DNA of 64,000 nucleotides from NCBI GenBank assembly GCA_965197285.1, contig OZ240092.1, forward strand, positions 3,947,337 to 4,011,336, given 5' to 3'. The stretch comes from Acidobacteriota bacterium (GTDB taxonomy: Bacteria > Acidobacteriota > UBA6911 > RPQK01 > CBDAPI01). The notes below the pieces were generated by a model. It was not told the DNA's origin and did not search any database. It was given only the letters and a program-made list of their open reading frames with translations. This document shows, one piece after another, positions 9,961 through 20,100 of the stretch (position 1 is the stretch's first letter; every line of letters starts with the position of its first letter). The position numbers were made by a program, and so were the translations under genes.

Positions 9961-9995
9961 GAATTAAGAATTAAGAATTAAAAATTAAAAATTGA
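9961..9995. repeat. AT-rich MITE-like repeat, site A (single copy, approx coords)
   Basis: GAATTAAGAATTAAGAATTAAAAATTAAAAATTGA in a 62% GC background; same motif at 18459, 18723, 26549, 26726. Confidence 0.6.
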
Positions 9996-10315
9996 AGGTT
10001 GAACGTTTCGTGAAGTGTTCAGTTTAACCGGCCGTGAACCCTTAACCTCTGGCGCGTGGTGCTCAAATCTCTGCCGCCCCTCCAGGGCTCCTGTGCTTTG
10101 CCGAGACTTCCGTGGGCTGACGCCCCCGGCTATTTTCTTGCGGCCGCTCCGCGGCCTGAAGAAAGCCCCCAAAGGGGGCGAAAGAGAATAGCCGGGGCCG
10201 CAAGGCCCCGGTAAAAGACGCATCATCCAAAGACAGCCCCCAAAGGGGGCGGCAGAAAAAAGCTGGATCGATTTTGGTTTGGGCAACACGCCTTTCAACT
10301 CGCTGAATAAAGCGG

Positions 10316-11983
10316 TTAGAGCCGTAGAAGCGAAAAAGCCCAGATGATGAGACCGGCCAGTAGACAGTAGCAACTCATGGGGATGATCGTCTTGCGAATC
10401 AGACTTCCCTCCCGGCCCATCAGCCCGACAGTGGCGGAGGCGGCAACCACGTTGTGAACGGTCACCATGTTACTAGCCGCCCCTCCCACCGCCTGTGCGG
10501 CCACGATCAATGTGGGCAGCACCTCGATTCTCTGAGCGGTGGAAAACTGAAAGAGCGAGAACATAAGGTTTGAAATCGTGTTACTTCCGGCAACAAACGC
10601 GCCCATTGCTCCGATCCAGGGAGCTACAAGGGGCCAGGCGCCACCCACAAGGGCTGCCGCCGTTTCGGCGAGTAGAAGAGGCATGCTTTCGAGTCCGGAG
10701 TTGTTGTAGGCCGCCCCGGACTGAATGAAAACACGCACCATGGGAACCGCGAAAATCAGTGCCACGGCCGCTCCCAGAAGCTGTGAACCAGCCAGCCGCC
10801 AGGACCCCAGGATCTGCGTGCGCGACATTCCGTGCAGCCCGTAGGTCAAGAAACAAGTGACCAGAAACATGAAGCCGGGGAGGTAAAAGGGCTGGACCGT
10901 CTGCCCGATGCCGGTTCCGAACAGGTCGCTGGGTCCGATCGAGACACCACTCAGCCACGCCCGAATACCCAGCCCGGGGATGCGAGTGATCAGGAGAAGA
11001 ATGGCCACAATCGCATAGGGCGACCAGGCTCGGAGAGTCGACATCGTCGCTGCCGGTGCCGCTGCTGCGGCTTCGCCCTCCAGTGTGCCGGACCAGTCAG
11101 CATCCCAGGTCTCCCGCGGCGGAAAGTCCCACAGCTTCTTCTTTGTAAACCAACCGCGGCGGATGACCGGAACTGCGACCAGCAGTCCCACCGCCCCCCC
11201 GATCAGAGAGGGAAACTCGGGGCCCAGCAACCTGGCACAAAGAAGATAGGGGACCACGAAGCAGCAGGCAGCAAACAGGGCAAACGGCCACATGTCAAGG
11301 CCGTCGCGAAAGCGGCGCGAAGGCCCGAAGAAGCGACTCAGCAGACCACAGAGAAAAAGTGGAACCTTCATTCCGCACAGGGAGTGCAGAATTGCCACTC
11401 GAAAGGTCACATCTTCTATCAACCCTGCGAAGGAGCCCTCCCCGGCCAACAGGTACTCCTCGACGATGGGAGCATCCAGACCTCCCGCCACTCCGACCAG
11501 AATCGGGGTCCCAACGGCGCCAAAGGAAACCGGCGTACTCTGAATGACCAGACCTACCATCACTGCGGCAGCCGCCGGGAAGCCGAGAGCCAGCAGCAGA
11601 GGAGCGGTGACGGCCGCCGGCGTCCCGAAGCCCGATGCACCTTCAATGAAACTTCCGAACAGCCAACCGACTACGATTGCCTGAATGCGGCGATCGCCGC
11701 TCAGGCCGGTCAGCGAAGCTCGAATCGTCCGGACGGCGCCGCTTCGGGTGATGGTGGACAGCAGAAGAAGAGCACCGAATACGATGTAGAGGAGCGCGAC
11801 GGCCAGAATCAGGCCCTGAATCGTGGCAGCCACCAGGACCTCCGGCCGGACCCTCCACACGGCAACTGCCGGTAACAGAGTGGCCAGATAGGCCAGCGGC
11901 ATAGCCCGCCGTGCCGGCAACCGCATCCAGACCAGGAGAATCGCGACTGCCAGGATCGGGGTAAGCGCAAGAAGACTCAGCAC
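10316..11983 (-). CDS. lctP: L-lactate/glycolate permease (LctP family)
   Basis: 12+ TM helices and the GFGTPAAV LctP signature. Confidence 0.8.
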   Translation of the reverse strand: MLSLLALTPILAVAILLVWMRLPARRAMPLAYLATLLPAVAVWRVRPEVLVAATIQGLILAVALLYIVFGALLLLSTITRSGAVRTIRASLTGLSGDRRIQAIVVGWLFGSFIEGASGFGTPAAVTAPLLLALGFPAAAAVMVGLVIQSTPVSFGAVGTPILVGVAGGLDAPIVEEYLLAGEGSFAGLIEDVTFRVAILHSLCGMKVPLFLCGLLSRFFGPSRRFRDGLDMWPFALFAACCFVVPYLLCARLLGPEFPSLIGGAVGLLVAVPVIRRGWFTKKKLWDFPPRETWDADWSGTLEGEAAAAAPAATMSTLRAWSPYAIVAILLLITRIPGLGIRAWLSGVSIGPSDLFGTGIGQTVQPFYLPGFMFLVTCFLTYGLHGMSRTQILGSWRLAGSQLLGAAVALIFAVPMVRVFIQSGAAYNNSGLESMPLLLAETAAALVGGAWPLVAPWIGAMGAFVAGSNTISNLMFSLFQFSTAQRIEVLPTLIVAAQAVGGAASNMVTVHNVVAASATVGLMGREGSLIRKTIIPMSCYCLLAGLIIWAFSLLRL

Positions 11984-12013
11984 TACTGCGTTGGGAGAAC
12001 GTGGAAGGAAGTA

Positions 12014-12232
12014 CTAGTTACTGCACATTCCGCGCTGCGGTGCGCCGCACGGACAGGCGCCGGCCTCAGGGACCGCTGTGCTGGAATCCTGACGAGCGAC
12101 TGCAAACGCGGAGATCAGCTTCAGCGTCCTGCTCCCCGTACAATCCGGACACTCGACCACATCCGGCTCCCGAAAAGCGATCTTCTCAAAGCGCGTGTCA
12201 CAGTCATCGCAGCGATACTCAAAAATGGGCAT
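12014..12232 (-). CDS. FmdB-family zinc-ribbon regulatory protein (72 aa; the upstream part of the listed ORF is spurious)
   Basis: MPIFEYRCDDCDTRFE...VECPDC...ACPCG paired CxxC ribbon. Confidence 0.7.
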   Translation of the reverse strand: MPIFEYRCDDCDTRFEKIAFREPDVVECPDCTGSRTLKLISAFAVARQDSSTAVPEAGACPCGAPQRGMCSN

Positions 12233-12283
12233 GGGCTCTATTGTAAACCAACAAAGCCAGCCCGTCCTGTTAAACAAGGAGAG

Positions 12284-13480
12284 ATGCGTATCGCTGCATG
12301 CCTCCTGGTATCGCTGGTCATGGTGTTGAGCGACTGTGGATGGGCGCCTCGAGAGACCCGGGCAGTGTGGGTGGTTCGGGATGCTCTGGTGAGTCCTGAA
12401 GCCGTGGCCCGGATGGTTGAGGATGCCGTGCAAGGCGGGTTCAACACTTTGCTCGTCCAGGTTCGGGGAAGGGGCGACGCTTACTACCGGTCCGATCTCG
12501 TGCCCAGAGCGGAGCAACTTGCCCGCCAACCATCCGATTTCGATCCCCTGCGATTGACCATAAAACTGGCCACAAAGCGAGGGCTGCGCGTGCATGCCTG
12601 GATCAACCTTCTACTGGTGTCGAGCCTTTCCCGGCTGCCCCGCTCAAAGGATCACGTCATCCGCCGCCACCCTGAGTGGCTGGTGCTCCCGGCCGATTTA
12701 GTCAACAAGGTCAACCATCTACCGCCGGATGATCCCAGGGGCCTGTCGCTGCGGGCTCGCTACTACAGGAACAACCGCAATGCGGACGGCCTCTTCCTCG
12801 ATCCGGCTCTGCCCGAGGTACAGGACCACCTTCTTGCGGTGATTCGCGAACTGCTGTCCAGCTACCGAATCGACGGACTCCACCTGGATTATGTCCGCTA
12901 CCCCGGGGCCGACCCCGGCTACAGTCTGAAGGCGCTGCAGGCTTTCCTCGAACGCAATCCTGAAGGCAGAGGGAGTCCGGCGCACCCGCATGGCGGCGGC
13001 TCTCTGGAGCTGGTTCGGGAGCATTCACCATTGTGGGATCAGTTTCGGCGCGATCAGGTCACCGGACTGGTCACTCGGATTCGACACGAGCTCGCGAAGA
13101 CATCCCCGACAATCCTGTTATCGGCTGCGGTCGTGGCGGACGCCGACCTCGCTTACGAATCCAGACTGCAGGACTGGAAACACTGGCTGGAAGCCGGAAT
13201 TCTGGACGTGGTCTGCCCGATGGCCTATACAGCTGAGCCGGAAGTCTTCGAAAGTCGCATCCGGATCGCCCGCCGATCCAGTTCCGGCTCCCGCCTGTGG
13301 GCCGGAATCGGCGCCTACAAGCTCGACGGGAAAGGGATCATCCAGCAGATCAGGCTGTCACGCCAACTGGGCGCCGACGGCTTCGTCGTCTTCTCCTACA
13401 ACACCCTGGCGGCCTCCGAAGAATCTCGGCACCAACTCCTGGAGCCAGTGGCTGAATTCCTGCAGTCACAGAGCCCCTGA
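12284..13480 (+). CDS. GHL10-family (glycoside hydrolase-like, YngK/DUF187) lipoprotein
   Basis: lipobox-like SDCG; VWVVRDAL...GFNTLLVQVRGRGDAYY...LHLDYVRYPG typical of GHL10. Confidence 0.6.
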   Translation: MRIAACLLVSLVMVLSDCGWAPRETRAVWVVRDALVSPEAVARMVEDAVQGGFNTLLVQVRGRGDAYYRSDLVPRAEQLARQPSDFDPLRLTIKLATKRGLRVHAWINLLLVSSLSRLPRSKDHVIRRHPEWLVLPADLVNKVNHLPPDDPRGLSLRARYYRNNRNADGLFLDPALPEVQDHLLAVIRELLSSYRIDGLHLDYVRYPGADPGYSLKALQAFLERNPEGRGSPAHPHGGGSLELVREHSPLWDQFRRDQVTGLVTRIRHELAKTSPTILLSAAVVADADLAYESRLQDWKHWLEAGILDVVCPMAYTAEPEVFESRIRIARRSSSGSRLWAGIGAYKLDGKGIIQQIRLSRQLGADGFVVFSYNTLAASEESRHQLLEPVAEFLQSQSP

Positions 13481-13506
13481 TTCCAGATTCCAAATCCCAG
13501 AAATGT

Positions 13507-13534
13507 GGGAGTCGCCCCGGGGCCCCGCCCACTC
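13507..13534. repeat. half-copy of the GC-rich palindromic element (B-type arm)
   Basis: GGGAGTCGCCCCGGGGCCCCGCCCACTC matches the right arm of the element at 57114-57183 in all but 2 positions; lies between convergent stops. Confidence 0.5.
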
Positions 13535-13541
13535 TGGGCAG

Positions 13542-14810
13542 TCAGTCCAGATGCCGGAGAACGTGTCCCCCATAGATCTGGCGGGGGCGGGCGATTCGGC
13601 GATCGGGGTCGTTCATGAACTCTTCCCACTGGGAGATCCAGCCGCTGGTTCTGGCAACGGCGAACAGCACCGGAAACATGGACGGGGGGAAGCCGATCGC
13701 TTTGTAAATGATCCCGGAATAGAAATCCACGTTGGGATAGAGCTTGCGACTGACGAAATAATCGTCCTTGAGGGCGATCTGCTCCAGGTGCTGTGCCAGG
13801 TCGAGCAACGGAGTGGGCTCAGCCACCTCGAAGACCTGATCTGCCAGCTTCTTGATGATCTTGGCTCGCGGATCGTAGTTCTTGTAAACCCGGTGGCCAA
13901 ATCCCATCAGCCTCATCTCGCCCTTCTTTACTCGCTCCACGTGCCCGTCTACGCGGTCAGGTGAGCCGATACTCTCGAGCATCCTCACGACCGCGGCATT
14001 GGCCCCTCCGTGAAGTGGCCCGGCCAGCGCACCGATCGACGCGGCGGCGGCCATGTAAGGGTCGGGCAAAGAACTGCCCACACTTCGCATGGCATTGGCG
14101 CTGCAGTTCTGTTCGTGGTCGGCGTGAAGCAGGAACAGCACATCCAGGGCCCGGGAGTAAACGGGACTCACCTCGGATCCGTCCCCCTGGTGGAAAACCG
14201 TCCTCAAGAAATCGGCGGCAAAGTCCGCTTCCGGATCGGGTTCTACGAACGGCAATCCCATGGTGTGGCGACAGGCGCAGGCGGCGATGCCGGGCATGTG
14301 ACCGAGGAGACGCAGCAGGTGAAGACGCCGCCCCTGGGCATCGTCCAGGTTGGAGGCTTCGGGATAGAGTCCTGAAAGAGCTGCCACGGCGCTCATCACC
14401 ATTGCCATCGGGGCAGCGTCCCGGGGAAAGCTGGAGATCAGCTTTTGGATCTCTGCCGGGATGCCGCCGTGAGAGCGGATCGTATGACTCCACTCCCGGT
14501 AGCTGTCCGGGTCGGGGAGATCCCCATGAAAAACGAGATAGGCGCCCTCCAGGAAGGAAACCCTTCCGGCAAGTTCTTCGATCGGGTATCCCCGATACCG
14601 CAGGATCCCTTTGTGGCCGTCTATATAAGTGATGGTACTTCGGCAGGAACCGGTGTTGGAGAAGCCCGGGTCGTAGGTGATCAGACCGAAATCCCCGTCG
14701 TCCACCTTGATTTGCCGAAGGTCGAGCGCCCGCACCGATCCATCTCTGATCTCGAGCTCGTATTCACGGCCGGTGCGGTTGTCTCTGACGGTTAGACTCG
14801 TGGTCTGCAT
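13542..14810 (-). CDS. gltA: citrate synthase
   Basis: GFGHRVYKNYDPRA, LHGGAN and NVDFYSG signatures. Confidence 0.9.
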   Translation of the reverse strand: MQTTSLTVRDNRTGREYELEIRDGSVRALDLRQIKVDDGDFGLITYDPGFSNTGSCRSTITYIDGHKGILRYRGYPIEELAGRVSFLEGAYLVFHGDLPDPDSYREWSHTIRSHGGIPAEIQKLISSFPRDAAPMAMVMSAVAALSGLYPEASNLDDAQGRRLHLLRLLGHMPGIAACACRHTMGLPFVEPDPEADFAADFLRTVFHQGDGSEVSPVYSRALDVLFLLHADHEQNCSANAMRSVGSSLPDPYMAAAASIGALAGPLHGGANAAVVRMLESIGSPDRVDGHVERVKKGEMRLMGFGHRVYKNYDPRAKIIKKLADQVFEVAEPTPLLDLAQHLEQIALKDDYFVSRKLYPNVDFYSGIIYKAIGFPPSMFPVLFAVARTSGWISQWEEFMNDPDRRIARPRQIYGGHVLRHLD

Positions 14811-14976
14811 CGATCCCTTTCGTTACTAATCTTCCAGCAACTGCAGTCTTGTCAAGAGCGGGGCGTTTGAAACCAGTTACGGACAGCGCAGAAAGCGCGG
14901 TCCCTCAAGCCTCTCGGAGCGCCATCTAGGATAGCTGAGTATTCCTGGAAACTCAATCGCGTGGTAGACTTTTTAC

Positions 14977-15579
14977 ATGTCTAAAGTGTTCCTGGCGCTG
15001 GCTTTCCTGGTTTTGCTGCCAGGGGCCACGGCGGGAACGAGTCTGCGCTTCAATTCTGTTCTCTATTCCTTTGTGATAGAGCAACCCGACGGATGGGTGG
15101 TGGAGGTCGAGAGCGTTTCTCAGATCGCTAACTTCGTGCTTCATCCAGCCGAGACACACTGGCGCAGCGCACCGGTCGTGATTTTCGGTCGCTTTGTGCC
15201 TAGGACGGCCGGCGAGACTCTCGCGGACTTCGTGAAGCAGGACGAAGAACGGTTTCGAGAGGGTTGTACCGGCGCCCGCGTAACAGATGTGGACTGGAAC
15301 GCTGATCTGGAGAGGACATTTCTGCTCAAGTCCCTTACCTGCGTCAATCGGCGCAAGGAGATCGTCGCCGTCACGGAAGTGCCGTCCTACTTTGGCGTCT
15401 TTATTCTATCGGGACAGCAGGCCCGGGCCGTGGACGAGGCGTCCGATTCCTTTCAGGTTTTGCTGGGCGGATTCGAGTGGATCGAGACGAAGAGGGAGTA
15501 CTGGCATCCCGGAGCCGAGGACCAACCCGACGCCGTTTCCGGGCCCCGCCGTGGCAGCGCCCCGCATCGTCACCGGTAA
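14977..15579 (+). CDS. secreted hypothetical protein
   Basis: signal peptide (ALAFLVLLPGATAG); no motif recognised. Confidence 0.4.
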   Translation: MSKVFLALAFLVLLPGATAGTSLRFNSVLYSFVIEQPDGWVVEVESVSQIANFVLHPAETHWRSAPVVIFGRFVPRTAGETLADFVKQDEERFREGCTGARVTDVDWNADLERTFLLKSLTCVNRRKEIVAVTEVPSYFGVFILSGQQARAVDEASDSFQVLLGGFEWIETKREYWHPGAEDQPDAVSGPRRGSAPHRHR

Positions 15580-15639
15580 CCGCTTCAAGCGGGGTTCTTT
15601 GACTAAACACAGTACTTCCCTGTATTCTTTTCCGCCTCA

Positions 15640-17001
15640 ATGCGAGTACTCATCCTGGGTGGCGGTGCTGTCTCGTACCTGGTCGCCCGCCGGCTGATTC
15701 GTGAGAAAAACGAAATCACGATCGTCGAGCGCGACGAGCAACGTTGCGAGGAGCTGGAGGGGCGGCTGGACGCAAGGATCGTCCAGGGTAACGCGGCCAG
15801 CATTGAGACTCTGGAACGAGCTGGCATTACGCGAGCCCAGATGATCATCGCCGCCACCGATAACGATCAGATCAACATCATCGGCACTCTGATCGCCCAA
15901 AACTATCAAAACATTCGGATCAAGGTCATGCGGCTGCGGACGCACGAAGCTATGCGGTGGCAAAAGCTGGCGGCTCACCGGAGTTTCCAGGTAGATCGCG
16001 TCATTCACCCCGACCGAGAAGCCGCAGACCGACTGCTGAGGGTTGTTTCGCTCCCGGGAGTATCCGACGTCCGAAGCTTCATGGACGGTCGAGTTCGGCT
16101 CTTCGGGATGAATGTCCGCGATGACAGCTGGCTGGTCGGAAAATCCATGCGCGAGCTCGAAGAGGCCTCACCCCCCGAGCACTCGTTGATCTGCATGATC
16201 TTTCGCGGCCATCGCGTCATCATTCCGAGGGCGGACGATCGACTCATGCCCGGCGACCACGTGTACGTCGTGGTTGCCAACGACCAGTTCGAGGAAGGGA
16301 TGGAGTTCATGGGTCTGTCCTCATCGGAGCGGGCTCAGCGAGTCTTCATCCTGGGAGGAAAACAGATCAGTATCGAACTGGCCCGGCGGCTGGAGAAGAC
16401 GGGGGTTCAGGTCAAGCTTTTTGAGCGGGATCGGCAGCGTTGCGAAAAAATCTCCACCCTGGTCAAACGCACGGTCGTGGTCCACGCGGATGGTACGGAT
16501 CAGAGAATTCTTGACGAAGAGAACATTGAAGGGATCGATGCCTACATGGCACTCACGACCCGGGACGAAGACAACATCATCGCCGCCCTGCTCTCCAAGC
16601 GCCTCGGCGCCAGGAAGGCGGTCGCCCTCGTGAACCGGCTCGATCTTCTGCCCATCGTCCCCCTGCTGGGCATCAATGCCAGTTTGAGCCTCCGCCTCGT
16701 CACGGTGGATCGAATCCTGCGGTTCGTACGCAAGGGCCGGGTCTTGTCCGTTCACACCTTCCGGCAGGAAGAGGCTGAGGCCATCGAGCTCATCGCAACC
16801 GAAGGTTCTCCTTATGTGAACAGGCAGCTGCGCAAGGTGCACCTGCCGCACACCGCGATCATCGGCGCTATCGGACGCCGAGACGGTGAGATCGTGGTAC
16901 CGCGGGGAGACGCGGTCATCAAGCCCGGCGACCGGGTCATTTTCTTTTGTCTGGAACAGGTCGTGCAGGAACTGGAGGCGGCATTCATTGCTGAGGATTG
17001 A
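15640..17001 (+). CDS. trkA: Trk potassium uptake system NAD-binding subunit
   Basis: two GxGxxG Rossmann (ILGGGAVS / ILGGKQIS) plus two TrkA-C domains. Confidence 0.9.
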   Translation: MRVLILGGGAVSYLVARRLIREKNEITIVERDEQRCEELEGRLDARIVQGNAASIETLERAGITRAQMIIAATDNDQINIIGTLIAQNYQNIRIKVMRLRTHEAMRWQKLAAHRSFQVDRVIHPDREAADRLLRVVSLPGVSDVRSFMDGRVRLFGMNVRDDSWLVGKSMRELEEASPPEHSLICMIFRGHRVIIPRADDRLMPGDHVYVVVANDQFEEGMEFMGLSSSERAQRVFILGGKQISIELARRLEKTGVQVKLFERDRQRCEKISTLVKRTVVVHADGTDQRILDEENIEGIDAYMALTTRDEDNIIAALLSKRLGARKAVALVNRLDLLPIVPLLGINASLSLRLVTVDRILRFVRKGRVLSVHTFRQEEAEAIELIATEGSPYVNRQLRKVHLPHTAIIGAIGRRDGEIVVPRGDAVIKPGDRVIFFCLEQVVQELEAAFIAED

Positions 17002-18458
17002 TGTCGATCGTTCGCTGGGCGAAACTCCTGGAAGTTCTTGGATACTTCAGCCTGGCCATCGCAACCGCGATGATTCTTCCCCTGCTTCTGGCCCTCTACT
17101 GGCGAGACGGTGGTCTGGCACCCCTGCTGGTAGCCATAGGCCTCTCGGGCGCCATCGGGGCCGTGCTGATTGCCGTCTGCCGGGGCCCTTCGATCGAGTT
17201 CAACCATCGAGAGGCCATCGTGATGGTCGTCCTCACGTGGCTCGCCGCGATCTCCCTGGGCGCACTCCCCTATTACTTTTCTGAGTTCTTCCCGAGTTTC
17301 ACGGACAGCTTCTTTGAGTCGGCGTCCGGCTTCACCACCACCGGCGCAACGATACTGGACGACATCGAGTCGGTCGCCGGCAGTCTGCTCTTCTGGCGAG
17401 CTCTTACCCACTGGCTTGGGGGAATGGGGATCATCCTGCTGGGTATCGCCATTCTGCCTCTGATCGGAACCGGAGGGATGGAACTTTACCGAGCCGAGTT
17501 TTCCGGCTCCAGCTCTGAGAAATTGAAACCCCGAATCGCCGAGACCGCCGCCTCACTGTGGGGAATCTACTTCACTCTGACCCTTGCCTGCTTCCTTCTA
17601 CTGATGGCCGCCGGTATGGGGCCGTTCGAGGCCATCTGTCACGCTTTTTCCACCATGGCCACCGGCGGTTTCTCGACCCGCAACCAAAGCATCGGGTCTT
17701 TCCACAGCGCCTTCGTGGAATCCGTCATCATCCTGTTCATGTTTCTGGCTGGTGTCAACTTTGCACTGCACTACCGTCTCCTCATGGAGCGGCGCGTGGG
17801 GCGCTTTCTACGAGATCGGGAGCTCCGCGCCTACGTGTGTGTGATCGTCACGGCTACGGCCGCGGTCTTGATCTCACTGAGCCTGGTTCTGGGCACCCCC
17901 TTTGCCACGGCTCTTCGAGTGGGTCTGTTTCAAGTGGTTTCCATCCTCACGGGGACCGGCTTATCCTCGGCCGATTTTGCTCAGTGGACTCCGTTCGCTC
18001 AGCTTGTCCTGCTCGCCCTCATGTTCTTCGGAGGTTGCACGGGTTCCACATCGGGCGGTCTGAAGATCGCCAGAATGGACATGCTCCTGCAGGTGATTCG
18101 ACGAGAGTTCAAGAGGATGGTCGAGCGACGAGGCGTCTTTGCCATCTACATGGGCCGGGAAGTGGTTCCGGAATCGACCATCCAGAGTCTCCTGAACCTG
18201 GTTTATCTGGCCTTCTTGATCAACTTCGGAGCGTGCATGCTCCTGACCGCTTTCGGGACGGATGTCTTCACCGCGATGTCAGCCGTCGCCGCCTCCATGT
18301 TCAACATCGGCCCCGGACTGGGAGCCGTGGGGCCCAGCGAGAACTACGCCGCCTTCCCCGCCCCCGTCAAATGGACCCTGACTCTATGCATGATCGCCGG
18401 TCGGCTGGAGTTCTATGCCTTTCTAGTCGTGCTTTCGCGGGCTTTTTGGAGGAAATGA
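16998..18458 (+). CDS. trkH: Trk/Ktr potassium transporter membrane subunit
   Basis: 4-bp overlap with trkA stop; multiple TM with TGF/GGxTGSTSGG-type pore loops. Confidence 0.9.
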   Translation: MMSIVRWAKLLEVLGYFSLAIATAMILPLLLALYWRDGGLAPLLVAIGLSGAIGAVLIAVCRGPSIEFNHREAIVMVVLTWLAAISLGALPYYFSEFFPSFTDSFFESASGFTTTGATILDDIESVAGSLLFWRALTHWLGGMGIILLGIAILPLIGTGGMELYRAEFSGSSSEKLKPRIAETAASLWGIYFTLTLACFLLLMAAGMGPFEAICHAFSTMATGGFSTRNQSIGSFHSAFVESVIILFMFLAGVNFALHYRLLMERRVGRFLRDRELRAYVCVIVTATAAVLISLSLVLGTPFATALRVGLFQVVSILTGTGLSSADFAQWTPFAQLVLLALMFFGGCTGSTSGGLKIARMDMLLQVIRREFKRMVERRGVFAIYMGREVVPESTIQSLLNLVYLAFLINFGACMLLTAFGTDVFTAMSAVAASMFNIGPGLGAVGPSENYAAFPAPVKWTLTLCMIAGRLEFYAFLVVLSRAFWRK

Positions 18459-18497
18459 ATTCCAAATTAAAGATTAAAAATTGAAAATTGAAAATCT
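18459..18497. repeat. AT-rich MITE-like repeat, site B left arm (approx)
   Basis: AATTCCAAATTAAAGATTAAAAATTGAAAATTGAAAATC; inverted partner at 18723-18768. Confidence 0.6.
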
Positions 18498-18512
18498 CTA
18501 GGTTGAGAATCA

Positions 18513-18719
18513 CTACGCCTGTCCCTGAGCCTTCTTGCTATCCTCGGGTATTGGCTTCTTCAGGTATTTTGACAAACCTGAGAGTTGCTTGCTGATGATG
18601 AGCAGATCCGATTGCAACCGTGCACACACTTCTGGGGACACAAGACCCAGTCGGCCGGCCAGCAGTAGCTGCGTTCTCAACTCGCCGCTCTCCCCCTCCA
18701 AAGTGCGAACTTGAGTCAA
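18513..18719 (-). pseudogene. C-terminal half of a four-helix-bundle protein (23S rRNA intervening-sequence protein family), N-terminus missing
   Basis: GESGELRTQLLLAGRLGLVSPEVCARLQSDLLIISKQLSGLSKYLKK matches the conserved C-terminal helices (...ELETQLLLA..LG...) of the family; only 68 aa, enclosed by AT-rich inverted repeats. Confidence 0.55.
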
Positions 18720-18722
18720 CCG

Positions 18723-18768
18723 AGTCTTTAATTTTCAATTTTTAATCTTTTATTTTTTATTTTTAATC
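18723..18768. repeat. AT-rich MITE-like repeat, site B right arm (inverted; approx)
   Basis: reverse complement GATTAAAAATAAAAAATAAAAGATTAAAAATTGAAAATTAAAG. Confidence 0.6.
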
Positions 18769-19908
18769 AACCCCCACCGCCCGATCCAGATCTTCGATGA
18801 GATCCGCCGTGGCCTCCAGGCCCACCGAAAGCCGTACCAAAGTATCCGAAATCCCCACAGCGGCGAGCTCCTCGGGGGAGAGGCCGGCGTGGGAAGAGAC
18901 GGCGGGGCGTATGACCAGGGTCTCGGCTCCGCCCAGGCTGGGAGCCACAATGGGGATGGAAAGACGATCGAAAAAGCGGTCGACTCGTTCCAGATCACCC
19001 TTGATCTCAAAGCTGAGCATGCCTCCAAAAGCCGTGAAAAGCGACCTGGCGGTGGCATGTCCCGGGCTCTGCTCCAGCCCAGGGTAATTCACGCGATCGA
19101 CCGCGTCATGGTCGGCCAGAAAGCGAGCAATTCGAAGCGCCGACTCATTCTGGTGTCTGACCCGCAGCGGCAGCGTCGTGATTCCCCGGTCGAGCAGGAA
19201 ACAGGCGTTGGGGTCGAGCGTGGCTCCAAGATGGTTCAGTCTGGAGGTGATCCTGGCGACCAACTCGCGGCTACCCACAAAGACGCCGGCTATGATGTCG
19301 CTGTGACCGTTCAGGTACTTGGTTGCACTGTGCAGGACCAGGTCGAAGCCGATTTCGATCGGCCTGAAGTTCACCGGCGTCGCGAAGGTGTTGTCGATCA
19401 GCGACACCAGGTTGCGTTCTCGAGCGAAGGCAATCACTTCCCGCAGCCTCGGAACGTCCATGAGAGGGTTGGTGATCGACTCCACGTAGATCGCCCGGGT
19501 ATTCTCCTTGACCTTCCTCTGCCAGCTCTCGGGATCGTCACCCGCAATCCAATCGTGCGCGATTCCAAGTCGTCCCAGCTCGCGGCCCACAAAATGGTGA
19601 GTCCCTCCATAGAGTCCGCTCTGGGCCAACAGGTGCGTTCCCGGCTGCAGGACCGTCAGCAGAGACGTCGTAATCGCCGCCATACCGCTGGCCGTGACCA
19701 TGGCCGCCTCTCCCCCTTCCAGGTCGGCCAGCTTGGCCGACACAGCCCGATGGTTGGGAGTGTTGTTCAGACGGGCGTAAAGGACGTCGTCATAGTTCAC
19801 CTCCCCACCGTATTCAAACGTGGAGGATTGAAAGATCGGCAGGCTGACAGCCCGGCCGATTCCCGGTCTGGGTTGCCCGGAGTGGACGGCTTTCGTTTCA
19901 AGTCTCAC
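18763..19908 (-). CDS. Cys/Met-metabolism PLP-dependent enzyme (cystathionine gamma-synthase/beta- or gamma-lyase family)
   Basis: SATKYLNGHSD PLP-lysine motif; 381 aa. Confidence 0.85.
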   Translation of the reverse strand: MRLETKAVHSGQPRPGIGRAVSLPIFQSSTFEYGGEVNYDDVLYARLNNTPNHRAVSAKLADLEGGEAAMVTASGMAAITTSLLTVLQPGTHLLAQSGLYGGTHHFVGRELGRLGIAHDWIAGDDPESWQRKVKENTRAIYVESITNPLMDVPRLREVIAFARERNLVSLIDNTFATPVNFRPIEIGFDLVLHSATKYLNGHSDIIAGVFVGSRELVARITSRLNHLGATLDPNACFLLDRGITTLPLRVRHQNESALRIARFLADHDAVDRVNYPGLEQSPGHATARSLFTAFGGMLSFEIKGDLERVDRFFDRLSIPIVAPSLGGAETLVIRPAVSSHAGLSPEELAAVGISDTLVRLSVGLEATADLIEDLDRAVGVD

Positions 19909-20100
19909 TATGACGTTTCCTTTCCCTGGTAGTTTCTTATGTCAACAGAATACACGCCCGGTGGCCAACTCTAGCTGTTACAGCCTGTGCAAGCAGGCCG
20001 GGGCGCAATTGCAGGAAAAGCTCAAAACGCGCTAAACTATTACTATTATGCCACTTGGCCGCATCCTACAGGGGCGTGGCGGAGGCCGAGGGAGGGTACG

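Noticed and set aside
10832-11875. 347-aa + strand ORF
   Set aside because: Antisense to the lctP permease. Its composition (R/G/P/Q-rich, multiple Cys-Arg runs) is non-protein-like.
12233-12595. Upstream 120 codons of ORF 12014-12595
   Set aside because: Only the last 72 codons (MPIFEY…) form the FmdB zinc-ribbon protein. The upstream extension is low-complexity and overlaps the divergent promoter region.
18889-19932. 347-aa + strand ORF
   Set aside because: Antisense to the PLP-enzyme gene, which has a clear SATKYLNGHSD motif.
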